From positions 230,156 through 294,155 of the forward strand of contig JAVVVD010000001.1 of the NCBI GenBank assembly GCA_036652795.1: a DNA stretch of 64,000 nucleotides, given 5' to 3'. Origin of the DNA: Clostridia bacterium (GTDB lineage Bacteria; Bacillota; Clostridia; Christensenellales; CAG-138). The notes under the pieces were generated by a model. That model ran no database searches. It was given only the letters and a program-made list of their open reading frames with translations, and was not told where the DNA came from. This document shows positions 10,306 to 19,843 of this stretch, piece after piece (within the stretch, counting starts at the first letter, position 1; each line of letters opens with the position of its first letter). The translations under genes were made by a program, and so were the position numbers.

Positions 10306-10914
10306 GTGGAATTTAATTATCTGTGGATTGTATGCGCGGTTTTAGGTTATTTGCTTGGCAACGTAGAAACAGCTGTGCTGCTGAGCAAATCAATGTACCA
10401 CGACGATGTGCGTAAGCATGGCAGTGGTAATGCTGGTACTACGAATATGCTGCGCGTGTTTGGTATGAAGTCAGGCATAATTACCTTTGTTGGTGATTTC
10501 TCGAAGGGAATTATCGCTGTACTGATAGGTAGACTGATCTGTGGCGAAGTATGCGGTTACATATGCGGCGCATTTGCCGTATTAGGACATGATTTCCCGG
10601 TGCTATTCAAATTTAAGGGTGGTAAAGGGGTTGCTACTTCGCTTGGCGTTGCGTGGATGGTGGCGCCGACTATAGCTGCGGTGGCTACGCTTGTTGGCTT
10701 TACGATAATTTATATCAGCCAGATGGTATCGCTTGGCTCTATGATAGGCTTTGTAGGTTTTACTATTGCCACTGTATTGTTTAATCTTGATAATATACCA
10801 CTAATAATCATGTGTATAGTATTGCTTGTGTTGCTGCTGTTGCGCCATACAGACAATATAAGGCGTATAATACGGGGTGAAGAGAGCAAGCTGTTTAAAC
10901 GCAAGACAAAATAA
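10306..10914 (+). CDS. plsY: Glycerol-3-phosphate acyltransferase PlsY
   Basis: GSGNAGTTN, GHDFPV..FKGGKGVAT, RHTDNIRR motifs. Confidence 0.95.
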   Translation: MEFNYLWIVCAVLGYLLGNVETAVLLSKSMYHDDVRKHGSGNAGTTNMLRVFGMKSGIITFVGDFSKGIIAVLIGRLICGEVCGYICGAFAVLGHDFPVLFKFKGGKGVATSLGVAWMVAPTIAAVATLVGFTIIYISQMVSLGSMIGFVGFTIATVLFNLDNIPLIIMCIVLLVLLLLRHTDNIRRIIRGEESKLFKRKTK

Positions 10915-10933
10915 AGACGGTTATATTATATGC

Positions 10934-10961
10934 AATGCACTGCTATGCGGTGCATTTTTTT
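10934..10961 (+). terminator. Intrinsic terminator after plsY
   Basis: AATGCACTGC-TAT-GCGGTGCATT stem-loop followed by a T tract. Confidence 0.65.
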
Positions 10962-10980
10962 ATTTTTTGGCACATATATA
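10952..10980 (+). promoter_or_regulatory. Candidate sigma-E promoter of spoIVA
   Basis: GCAT...CATATAT arrangement resembles the sigma-E consensus; spoIVA is a known sigma-E gene. Confidence 0.4.
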
Positions 10981-11015
10981 TCTAATGCTTATCGTGATTA
11001 TAGGGAGGTACCTCA

Positions 11016-12494
11016 ATGGATAGATCGGCTTTATACAAGGACATTGCTGAGCGGACTGACGGGGATATATATATCGGTGTGGTGGGTCCGGTGCGGACGG
11101 GTAAATCCACCTTCATAAAGAGGTTTATGGATCTGCTCGTCATCCCCAATATGCATAATGAGTTTGCGAAAGGTCGAGCAATAGACGAGCTGCCACAAAG
11201 CGCAGCAGGAAAAACCATCATGACCACGCAGCCCAAATTTGTTCCAAATGAGGCCGCAGAGGTATATCTTGACGGGGCTGCCAATGTGCGGCTGCGGATG
11301 GTGGACTGTGTGGGCTATATGGTTCCGGGGGCAGTTGGGCATATCGAAAACGAGGTTCCGCGCATGGTGCGCACACCGTGGTTCGATTATGATATTCCGT
11401 TTGAGGAAGCGGCAGAGATAGGCACTAGAAAGGTTATAACGGAGCATTCAACAATTGGCGTTGTTATAACTACGGATGGCAGCATAACCCAGATACCGCG
11501 TGATGACTACGTAAAGGCAGAGGAAAGGGTGATATGCGAGCTTAACGAACAGAGCAAGCCGTTTGCCATAGTACTCAACAGCACACATCCGCAATCAGAG
11601 GAAACGGTTGGGATGGCTGAAAAGCTAAGCGAAAAATACGGCACAGTCGTAAAACCGATGGATGTAATGAATATGAGCGCGACCCAGATAAACGAGCTGC
11701 TCGAGGACATACTTATGGAATTTCCTGTGCGGATGATCCATATAAATGTACCAAGTTGGATGTGTGCGCTGCCATATGAACACTGGTTGATGCAGCGTGT
11801 ACTTGTGCCGGTTACAAAGTGCACTGAGAATGTTATGAGGATGCGTGACTGTGCTGCTATGGAGCCTGTGCTGGGCAGCATAGAAGATTTTGAGCCGGCA
11901 TCGACGAGAAGTATGCTTCCGGGGAGCGGCATGGTAGAGATGGAGCTAAGGCCGCTCAGCGAAGTATTCTACAAAGTGCTGGGTGAGGAATGCGGCTGTG
12001 AAATAGAGGACGATGCGCACCTTATCTCGATAATAAAGGAGTTTGTAGGCGCAAAACGCGAATATGACCGCGTATCATCGGCATTGGATTCTGCCTATAA
12101 GACGGGATACGGTATGGTGAGTCCACCTATGGAGGAAATGGTTTTGGATAAGCCGGAAGTGGTGCAGCGTGGTAACAGGTTTGGCGTCAGGCTTAACGCA
12201 CATGCATCGGGATTGCATCTTATCAGGGTAGATATAGATTCAGAGGTATCACCGCTGGTTGGCAGCGAGGAGCAATCCGAAGAATTTTTATCATATTTGA
12301 TGGAAAGCTTTGAAAAAGAACCGGATAAGGTCTGGCAGACTAAGATATTTGGTAAGCCACTCTACGACCTTATAAAGGATGATATGTCAGGCAAAGTTGC
12401 ACGTATGCCGCCGCAGGTTCAGCAACGGCTTCAAAGCACGCTTCAGCGTATGGTAAATGATGGATGTAATGGGTTGATATGCATATTGCTGTGA
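11016..12494 (+). CDS. spoIVA: Stage IV sporulation protein A
   Basis: DIAERTDGDIYIGVVGPVRTGKSTFIKRFM, DELPQS..GKTIMTT, C-terminal GLICILL; 492 aa. Confidence 0.98.
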   Translation: MDRSALYKDIAERTDGDIYIGVVGPVRTGKSTFIKRFMDLLVIPNMHNEFAKGRAIDELPQSAAGKTIMTTQPKFVPNEAAEVYLDGAANVRLRMVDCVGYMVPGAVGHIENEVPRMVRTPWFDYDIPFEEAAEIGTRKVITEHSTIGVVITTDGSITQIPRDDYVKAEERVICELNEQSKPFAIVLNSTHPQSEETVGMAEKLSEKYGTVVKPMDVMNMSATQINELLEDILMEFPVRMIHINVPSWMCALPYEHWLMQRVLVPVTKCTENVMRMRDCAAMEPVLGSIEDFEPASTRSMLPGSGMVEMELRPLSEVFYKVLGEECGCEIEDDAHLISIIKEFVGAKREYDRVSSALDSAYKTGYGMVSPPMEEMVLDKPEVVQRGNRFGVRLNAHASGLHLIRVDIDSEVSPLVGSEEQSEEFLSYLMESFEKEPDKVWQTKIFGKPLYDLIKDDMSGKVARMPPQVQQRLQSTLQRMVNDGCNGLICILL

Positions 12495-12507
12495 TAGAGT
12501 GAGTATA

Positions 12508-12544
12508 TAAGGCGGCCGTTGGCTATAAACCTCCGGCCGCCTTA
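12508..12544. terminator. Hairpin terminator between convergent spoIVA and tyrS
   Basis: 11-bp inverted repeat TAAGGCGGCCG...CGGCCGCCTTA. Confidence 0.65.
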
Positions 12545-12561
12545 GTATATAATAAAATTTA

Positions 12562-13782
12562 TTATTGTTGCTGCATAATAAATCTTACAAAACGTTTTTT
12601 GCCAAGCTTCATCACTTCACCACCTTTAATCGGCATGTTCATATCATCGCTTGCAATTTTGTTTCCCTGTAATTGAATACCGCCCTGATTGACAAGCCTT
12701 ATGAATTCGCTTTTGCTGTGCACAAGTCCGGCTTCAATGAGCCTTACTACAATCGTAGATATCGTTTCGTTTGGATTTAATATATATAACTCAGGCACAT
12801 CGTCAGGAATGGCTTTTTTGCCAAAGGCTGTATCAAAGTATGTTGCTGCCCGCTGCATTTCATTTTCGCCATGATACAATTTTGTGATGATCTGCGCCAA
12901 ATGATATTTACAGTTACGGGGATTTTCGCCATCAGCCAACGCAATTTTAATTCTGTCGATATCATCTGGATGTTCGTCGGTGGCAAGCTCGAAGTATTTG
13001 ATGATAAGCTCATCTGGCACTTCCATTATTTTTTTGAACATCACCTCGGCAGGCTCGCTTACTCCGATATAATTGCCAAGGCTCTTGCTCATTTTTTCGA
13101 TGCCGTCAAGTCCCTCTAAAATAGGCATAAACATGGCGATCTGCTGTTCCTGACCAAGTGTTTTTTGCAGCGTGCGCCCCATCAATACGTTAAAGGTCTG
13201 ATCTGTTCCACCAAGCTCAATATCTGCGGCAAGCTCTACTGAATCATAGGCCTGCATGAGAGGATAGAAAAACTCATGAACCCCTATTGAAACTTGATTT
13301 TTATACCGTGTCTGGAAATCGTCACGCTCCAATATCCTTGCCACAGTAGTAGTTGCAGCAAGCTTAATTATGTCCTCAAAGTTAAGCTTTGCAAGCCATT
13401 CACTGTTAAATCGTACAGTGGTTTTTTCTTTATCGAGCACCTTGAATATTTGTTCACAATAGGTTTGTGCATTAATGTGTACCTGTTCATTGCTCAGGGC
13501 AACTCTGCCCTTTGCTTTGCCGCTAGGATCACCGATTTTACCTGTAAAATCGCCTATTACAATTACCGCGCTATGACCGAGATCCTGCATTTGCTTTATT
13601 TTTCTTAGCACTACTGCGTGCCCAAGATGGATGTCAGGGGCGGAGGGGTCAAGTCCAAGCTTGATTATTAATGGCTTGTTTTGTGCACAGGACTTTTCAA
13701 GCTTTATCAGAAGCTCTTCTTCGTTAACAAGTGTATGGACGCCTTTACTTATGATGCGCAGTTGCTCCTTTGGTGAAATCAT
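12562..13782 (-). CDS. tyrS: Tyrosine--tRNA ligase
   Basis: GLDPSAPDIHLGH (HIGH), YPLMQAYD, GGTDQ, KMSKS, C-terminal S4 domain. Confidence 0.97.
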   Translation of the reverse strand: MISPKEQLRIISKGVHTLVNEEELLIKLEKSCAQNKPLIIKLGLDPSAPDIHLGHAVVLRKIKQMQDLGHSAVIVIGDFTGKIGDPSGKAKGRVALSNEQVHINAQTYCEQIFKVLDKEKTTVRFNSEWLAKLNFEDIIKLAATTTVARILERDDFQTRYKNQVSIGVHEFFYPLMQAYDSVELAADIELGGTDQTFNVLMGRTLQKTLGQEQQIAMFMPILEGLDGIEKMSKSLGNYIGVSEPAEVMFKKIMEVPDELIIKYFELATDEHPDDIDRIKIALADGENPRNCKYHLAQIITKLYHGENEMQRAATYFDTAFGKKAIPDDVPELYILNPNETISTIVVRLIEAGLVHSKSEFIRLVNQGGIQLQGNKIASDDMNMPIKGGEVMKLGKKRFVRFIMQQQ

Positions 13783-13848
13783 GGTTGTTATCTCCTTGAA
13801 ATATTATTTTTCAACATTGCAAGGTCTATAAGAGGGAAAAACGGCAAT

Positions 13849-14130
13849 AAAAAACCCGTCCTAATGTTTCCAAAAGGACGAGTATTATCTCGTGTTACCA
13901 CCTTAAGTTTATAAACAACTCACGTTGCTTATCTCAATGAGTACAGCCATAATGCGGCGATACTTCTGCACACGGTTACGGGGTGCTTTTCCGTCGTAGC
14001 CTACTGGGGCAAAATCCCGTTCGGTACGCAGCTCCAAGATGTATTCACAATCATTATCCATGAGCCTCTCATCAACCGGCATCTTTCTGTTTGGCATCGT
14101 GACTGCTACTATTTCTTATCACAGCTTTTA
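13849..14130 (-). promoter_or_regulatory. T-box riboswitch (Tyr)
   Basis: Minus strand: stem I with specifier GAA-TAC (Tyr codon at 14041-14043), T-box AAGGTGGTAACACG (13891-13904), terminator CGTCCT...AGGACG followed by a T tract. Confidence 0.92.
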
Positions 14131-14348
14131 CTCTTATACTCCGAAATGCGCAAAGCAAATCTTCGTTATGCACATATTAAATTACAGTGTATTTTATTTC
14201 ATTATGCATAAAAAGTCAATATAGCGAGACAAAGATAATATATTTTATTTTGATCTAAAATAAGTATTTATTGTCAATGGTCACCTAAACCTATTGCCGC
14301 GGCACTCAAAATGTAATATATTAGAAACCATGAAAAGTGAGGTAGCCT

Positions 14349-15320
14349 ATGGATTGGTTTGAAATAACAATATACACAAGTGATGCGGGATTAGATGCAG
14401 TATGTGGGCGGCTGGATATGTTGGGCATAACCGATGTTATGATAGGGCAGGGGCGCGCAAGCATAGAGGCATATTTAAATACTACCGCAAAATATTGGGA
14501 CTTTGCAGATATGGATAAGCTTGCAATTGGTGATACGCCATGTGTAAAGGCATACATACACGCCGATGACACCGATATGGTTGATACGATACGCAGTTCC
14601 TTTGAACAGCTTAAAGGTCTAGATACAGGGCTGGATTTGGGCAGCCTTGACGTGTCTGTACATCGAGCGGCTGACGAGGATTGGGCAAATAATTGGAAGG
14701 CGTATTATAAACCAATAAAAACGGGCGAGCGGCTGATTGTTTGTCCTTCATGGGAGAAGGTGCAACCAGATGGACGCGCAGTGCTACTAATAGATCCGGG
14801 CATGGCGTTCGGCACGGGTTCCCATCATACCACTCGCATGTGCCTTGAGCTACTTGAGCAATATGCGCCTGATTGTGATGAATTGCTGGATATTGGCTGT
14901 GGAAGCGGTATACTTTCGATTGCAGGGTTGCTGCTGGGCGCAAAACGCGCCACAGGCGTGGATATTGATCCAGCTGTGCAAAAAATAGCCGCAGAGAATG
15001 CAGCCATAAACGGAATATATGATAAACAATACTGCATTATGACGGGCGATGTGCTTGCGGATACAAAGCTTGAACAGACATTGGGCGAGCGCCACTACGG
15101 CGTTATTTGCGCAAATATAGTTGCGTCAGTAATAATACAGCTTATGGGGCTGTTTTCAAAGCTGCTCAAAAAAGATGGGGTAGTAATAGCCTCAGGCATA
15201 ATAGACGATAGGCTTGATGAGGTTAAAGCGGCGTTTGTGGCATCCGGCTTTGAAATCATACAGGTGCGCCGCAGCGAGGACTGGGCGGCAATACTGGTAA
15301 AGATGGCGGACGTAGGATAA
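14349..15320 (+). CDS. prmA: Ribosomal protein L11 methyltransferase
   Basis: EDWANNWK, IDPGMAFGTG.H.TT, LDIGCGSGILSI, ANI. Confidence 0.96.
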   Translation: MDWFEITIYTSDAGLDAVCGRLDMLGITDVMIGQGRASIEAYLNTTAKYWDFADMDKLAIGDTPCVKAYIHADDTDMVDTIRSSFEQLKGLDTGLDLGSLDVSVHRAADEDWANNWKAYYKPIKTGERLIVCPSWEKVQPDGRAVLLIDPGMAFGTGSHHTTRMCLELLEQYAPDCDELLDIGCGSGILSIAGLLLGAKRATGVDIDPAVQKIAAENAAINGIYDKQYCIMTGDVLADTKLEQTLGERHYGVICANIVASVIIQLMGLFSKLLKKDGVVIASGIIDDRLDEVKAAFVASGFEIIQVRRSEDWAAILVKMADVG

Positions 15321-15324
15321 TATA

Positions 15325-16614
15325 ATGAATGTTGCTTTTTGCACCCTTGGCTGCAAGGTGAATCAATATGATACGCAGGCTATGCGCGAATTGTTTGAAT
15401 GTGCCGGCTATGATATAGTTGAGTTCGAAGATGTGGCGGATATTTATTTGATAAATACCTGCACTGTTACGGCTACTAGTGATAAAAAGTCGCGCCAAAT
15501 GATATCACGCGCTCATTCGCTAAATCCTGATGCGAAAATAATCGTAACGGGATGCTACTCTCAGCGTGCGCCTGAGGAGATAAGCAACTTACCAGGAGTG
15601 GCACTGGTGTTAGGCACAAAGGATCGCTTGCGGGTGATTGAACTCCTAAAGTCGGTATATAATGGCAGCAAGCAAAATGCAGTAGGCGAGCTTGTGACAG
15701 AGCGGAATTTTGAACTGCTCACCGCTTCGCACGAAGGCAGGACGCGCGCACACCTAAAAATACAGGAGGGATGCGACAGATATTGCACCTATTGCATAAT
15801 ACCCTATACTCGCGGGCCGCTGCGCTCAAGACCGATAGCGAGTGTGAAAGATGAGCTGGTTAAGCTTTCAAATGAGGGGTACTGTGAAGTTGTGCTTACG
15901 GGCATACACCTGATGTCATATGGAAAAGATATGAAGGATACTGTTTCGCTAGCGGATGCTATCCAACAGGCTAATGATATAGATGGGATAAAACGCATAC
16001 GACTCGGATCACTGGAGCCGCAGATGCTTTCCGTTGAAACGGTGGATATGCTTACATCAAACCCCAAGATATGCAGGCATTTTCATCTGTCACTGCAAAG
16101 TGGAAGCGACACAGTACTAAAACGCATGAATCGCAGATATGATACTGCTGGATACTCTGACTGTGTAAACAGGCTTAGGGCAGCTATGCCGGGATGCGCA
16201 ATAACTACGGATATTATTACTGGCTTTCCGGGCGAGAGCGAGGAAGAATTTGATGAAACCATGCGTTTTGTGGAAAAAATTGGCTTTGCGCGCATACATG
16301 CTTTCCCGTATTCTAGAAGGGCCGGAACAAAGGCGGCTGATATGCCAAGCCAAGTACCGCGTGGAATAAAGGCGGAACGTACAAGTAAACTTATTGAGCT
16401 TGGCGAACGATGTGAACGCAGATATATAAAAGGTTTTGTCGGATCAGATGTAGATGTGCTTTTCGAGGAATGCAATGGCGAATGGATACAAGGGTATACA
16501 GATACATATATACGAGTGCGGGTTATATGCGCTAAAAACACACTGCAGGGTACAATAGCGAAAGTACATATAACGCAAGCAGAACAGGAACATCTTACAG
16601 GTGAACTGATATAA
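15325..16614 (+). CDS. mtaB: tRNA t6A37 methylthiotransferase MtaB
   Basis: TLGCKVNQY, INTCTVT, KIQEGCDRYCTYC, FPYS.R.GT.AA. Confidence 0.93.
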   Translation: MNVAFCTLGCKVNQYDTQAMRELFECAGYDIVEFEDVADIYLINTCTVTATSDKKSRQMISRAHSLNPDAKIIVTGCYSQRAPEEISNLPGVALVLGTKDRLRVIELLKSVYNGSKQNAVGELVTERNFELLTASHEGRTRAHLKIQEGCDRYCTYCIIPYTRGPLRSRPIASVKDELVKLSNEGYCEVVLTGIHLMSYGKDMKDTVSLADAIQQANDIDGIKRIRLGSLEPQMLSVETVDMLTSNPKICRHFHLSLQSGSDTVLKRMNRRYDTAGYSDCVNRLRAAMPGCAITTDIITGFPGESEEEFDETMRFVEKIGFARIHAFPYSRRAGTKAADMPSQVPRGIKAERTSKLIELGERCERRYIKGFVGSDVDVLFEECNGEWIQGYTDTYIRVRVICAKNTLQGTIAKVHITQAEQEHLTGELI

Positions 16615-16637
16615 CAAAAAAAGAAAGGAGCATACCT

Positions 16638-16982
16638 ATGTGTGAGTGCATTTTTTGCAGGATAGCAAACGGTGCAATACCATCCAACAAGGCCTATGAA
16701 GACGAAACACTGTTCGCATTCCATGATATAGAACCACAGGCGCCACTGCATATCCTTATAGTACCAAAGCTTCATTATGATAACATACAGGATGCGTCAA
16801 GTGCAGACAGCGCATTAATATCGCATATGATCGATGTAGCGGGCAAGCTTGCAAAGCAGCTTGGCGTATCTGATAGCGGGTTTCGTATAGTTATAAATAC
16901 CGGAAGGGACGGTGGGCAGTCTGTGCAGCATCTGCATCTGCATCTGCTTGCCGGCAGGACTTTTGGATGGCCACCAGGCTGA
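16638..16982 (+). CDS. HIT family nucleotide-binding protein
   Basis: CIFC, HLHLH triad, C-terminal WPPG. Confidence 0.95.
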   Translation: MCECIFCRIANGAIPSNKAYEDETLFAFHDIEPQAPLHILIVPKLHYDNIQDASSADSALISHMIDVAGKLAKQLGVSDSGFRIVINTGRDGGQSVQHLHLHLLAGRTFGWPPG

Positions 16983-17041
16983 TATCAATAAAAACCAGCC
17001 CTGTAATCTACAAGATGATATAAAACAACTATTAATAGTTG

Positions 17042-17070
17042 TTGACTTGGGGTTGGGTTTTAAGTATAAT
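17042..17070 (+). promoter_or_regulatory. sigma-A promoter of rpsU
   Basis: TTGACT-17 bp-TATAAT. Confidence 0.75.
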
Positions 17071-17147
17071 ACCTTTGTGCTTCAGCATGCCCATGCTCAT
17101 AGCAATAGCACGATCGCTATGTCGCATCAGAGGGGAGGGAAAATGTA

Positions 17148-17318
17148 ATGGAAATTCGTGTAGGTGAAAATGAGTCCCTGGAAAGTGCTCTTAAACGATT
17201 CAAGCGTAAGTGCGCTCGCTCTGGCGTACTCGCAGAGGTTCGCAGGCGTGAACACTATGAAAAGCCAAGTGTCAAGCGCAAGAAGAAAGCCGAAGCTGCC
17301 AGAAAGCGTAAGTATTAA
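17148..17318 (+). CDS. rpsU: 30S ribosomal protein S21 (absent from the ORF track, 56 aa)
   Basis: Hand translation [56 protein letters not shown]; GGAGG RBS. Confidence 0.97.
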   Translation: MEIRVGENESLESALKRFKRKCARSGVLAEVRRREHYEKPSVKRKKKAEAARKRKY

Positions 17319-17426
17319 TAAATAGTTAGTCTGTTCGGGAATTCGATTAGTTCCATCCCGACGTGTTGAACCAGGCATCGTGCGCATAAGCATCAGGAGC
17401 ATTGCTGACACAGAATATATGCATCC

Positions 17427-17458
17427 AAGACCCGATATAATCTATCGGGTCTTTTTTT
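17427..17458 (+). terminator. Intrinsic terminator downstream of rpsU
   Basis: AAGACCCGATA...TATCGGGTCTT followed by a T tract. Confidence 0.8.
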
Positions 17459-17625
17459 GTTCATACGCATTGAGGGGCGGCCTTGCAGGTGATATAATGA
17501 CTTAGTGCGGTGATTATACGCCTAGTGCGCATTTCAACCGCTATTTTATCGTCATAGCACTGCAAATGGTAAATTTAACGTGGAATTATGGTATAATAAC
17601 CTAGATAGACAAAGGTGGTGGATAT

Positions 17626-19839
17626 ATGGAACTGTCAAAATTAAATAAAGAACAGCGCGAGGCTGTGGAATATATCGATGGGCCGCTTCTGGTGCTTGCA
17701 GGTGCTGGCAGCGGAAAGACGCGAGTGCTGGTGTATCGCATTGCAAATCTTATTGAGCATGGCGTGGCACCGCGCAACATACTTGCGCTGACGTTTACAA
17801 ATAAGGCGGCGAGTGCGATGCGCGAACGCGCAGAAACGCTTATAGGCGGCCGTACAGATGGAATGTGGGTGACGACATTCCATTCCTGCTGTGCCCGCAT
17901 ATTGCGTATGGATATAGATAAAATAGGCTTTGACAGGAATTTTGTTATATATGACGATTCGGATCAGATGAGCCTTATAACGGAAATAATAAAGACAATG
18001 GGATTGAACGACAAGGAAATATCAAAACGCGAGATAAAAGAGCGCATAAGCGATGCTAAAAACCGTTCATCCGACCCCAAGCAATATCTCATCGAGCTGG
18101 CTTATGCGGATGATACGGTAATAAAGGTATATGATAAATACGAAAAACGTCTCAAAGAATCAAATGCTTTGGATTTTGACGATCTGCTAATTAAAACCAC
18201 GGTGCTATTTGATCAGTGCCCAGCTGTGCTGGAAAAATATCGCGCAAGGTTTCGTTATGTGTTGGTAGATGAATATCAGGATACAAATATGACACAGTAT
18301 CGCCTGGTTGAACTGCTATGTCATGAACATCGAAATATATGTGTGGTTGGCGATGATGATCAGAGTATATATGGCTGGCGCGGTGCGGATATACGCAACA
18401 TACTGGGCTTTGAAAAGGATTTTGAAAATACAAAGGTGATACGCTTAGAGCAAAACTACCGCTCTACCAGCGTAATATTGGATGCGGCAAATGCAGTGAT
18501 ACAGAACAATATAGGCCGTAAACAAAAAAAACTTTGGACACAAAAAGATGGTGGCGAAAAGATTACTCTGTATTGTGCGGAGAGCGAACGTGATGAAGCC
18601 GCTTATATGTGTAAACGCATACTAGAGGGAGTAAGAAGTGGCAGGAGCTACGATGAGTTTGGCGTACTCTACCGCATGAACGCACAAAGCCGTGTGTTGG
18701 AAGGTATGCTGAGCAATTACGGAATTCCGTATAAGGTATATGGAGGACAACGCTTCTATGACAGACGTGAGATAAAGGATATTATGGCGTATTTGCGCCT
18801 TATATATAACCCGAATGACGATGTGGCATTTATGCGAATAGTAAATGTGCCTCGAAGGGGTATAGGCGATGTCACGATAGGTGAAATAAGCAAAGCTGCC
18901 CAAGAAAATGGCATATCAATGCTTATGACGGTGATAACTGGTACGGGTATGACAGATAAGCTTAAAAGCAAGCTAAAGCCATTTGCCGACAGTATGACTG
19001 AATTTATCGCAATGGCAAACACAATGCTGCTATCTGAGTTTGTGAATAAGCTTATGGCAGCGTTGGAATATGAAAAATATCTTGCACTTGACGACAAAAA
19101 AAATGAATTGGAATCAAGACTTGATAATATACGCGAGCTTGCAGGAAATATAAAGGAAATAGAAAGCGGCCTTGCGGATGATGTGAGTGCGTTACAGCTT
19201 TTTTTAGAAAATGTTGCGCTTGTGTCCGATATTGATTCTATGCAGGATGAGAATGGTACTGTTTCGTTGATGACACTGCACAGTGCAAAGGGACTGGAAT
19301 TTGATACTGTGTTCCTTGCTGGCATGGAAGAAAACATATTCCCTACATCGCGCGCACGCAACGATCTTTCATCAAATGCCATTGAAGAAGAACGTAGATT
19401 GTGCTATGTTGGTATAACGCGCGCACGGGAACGATTGCACATTATCCACGCCAAGCAGCGCATGCTGTTTGGAGATTATTCCTATAATAGGCGCTCACGC
19501 TTTATTGATGAGATACCGCCTGAACTGATGGATGAACAGATACAGCAATTATCTGCAACGGCTCAGAGCAGCGCACGCAGGGCGGCAGCATTTGATGCGA
19601 TGATGCATCCTGGCTTTGGTTCAAAGCAGCCAAAGGCGGTACAAGCTGCAACAGCTGTGGATAAACAGCTTTCACTATTCCAAAAGGTTGAACATGAAAA
19701 ATTTGGCGTAGGCACAGTGATGGAAGTAAGCGGGACGGGCAGCGCTATGATGGTTACAATAGATTTTCAGGGTACGGGCGTAAAACGCTTTGCGGCGGCT
19801 TACGCGCCAATAACTGTGATAAATGATACGGAGGGATAA
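17626..19839 (+). CDS. pcrA: ATP-dependent DNA helicase PcrA/UvrD
   Basis: AGAGSGKT, TFTNKAA, VDEYQD, GDDDQSIY, EEERRLCYVGITRA, Tudor-like C-terminus. Confidence 0.96.
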   Translation: MELSKLNKEQREAVEYIDGPLLVLAGAGSGKTRVLVYRIANLIEHGVAPRNILALTFTNKAASAMRERAETLIGGRTDGMWVTTFHSCCARILRMDIDKIGFDRNFVIYDDSDQMSLITEIIKTMGLNDKEISKREIKERISDAKNRSSDPKQYLIELAYADDTVIKVYDKYEKRLKESNALDFDDLLIKTTVLFDQCPAVLEKYRARFRYVLVDEYQDTNMTQYRLVELLCHEHRNICVVGDDDQSIYGWRGADIRNILGFEKDFENTKVIRLEQNYRSTSVILDAANAVIQNNIGRKQKKLWTQKDGGEKITLYCAESERDEAAYMCKRILEGVRSGRSYDEFGVLYRMNAQSRVLEGMLSNYGIPYKVYGGQRFYDRREIKDIMAYLRLIYNPNDDVAFMRIVNVPRRGIGDVTIGEISKAAQENGISMLMTVITGTGMTDKLKSKLKPFADSMTEFIAMANTMLLSEFVNKLMAALEYEKYLALDDKKNELESRLDNIRELAGNIKEIESGLADDVSALQLFLENVALVSDIDSMQDENGTVSLMTLHSAKGLEFDTVFLAGMEENIFPTSRARNDLSSNAIEEERRLCYVGITRARERLHIIHAKQRMLFGDYSYNRRSRFIDEIPPELMDEQIQQLSATAQSSARRAAAFDAMMHPGFGSKQPKAVQAATAVDKQLSLFQKVEHEKFGVGTVMEVSGTGSAMMVTIDFQGTGVKRFAAAYAPITVINDTEG

Positions 19840-19843
19840 TTGT

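Noticed and set aside
17325-17420. SRP (4.5S) RNA
   Set aside because: Has GAACC/CAGG/AGCA fragments but lacks the CAGG-stem-GNRA-stem-AGCA domain IV arrangement.
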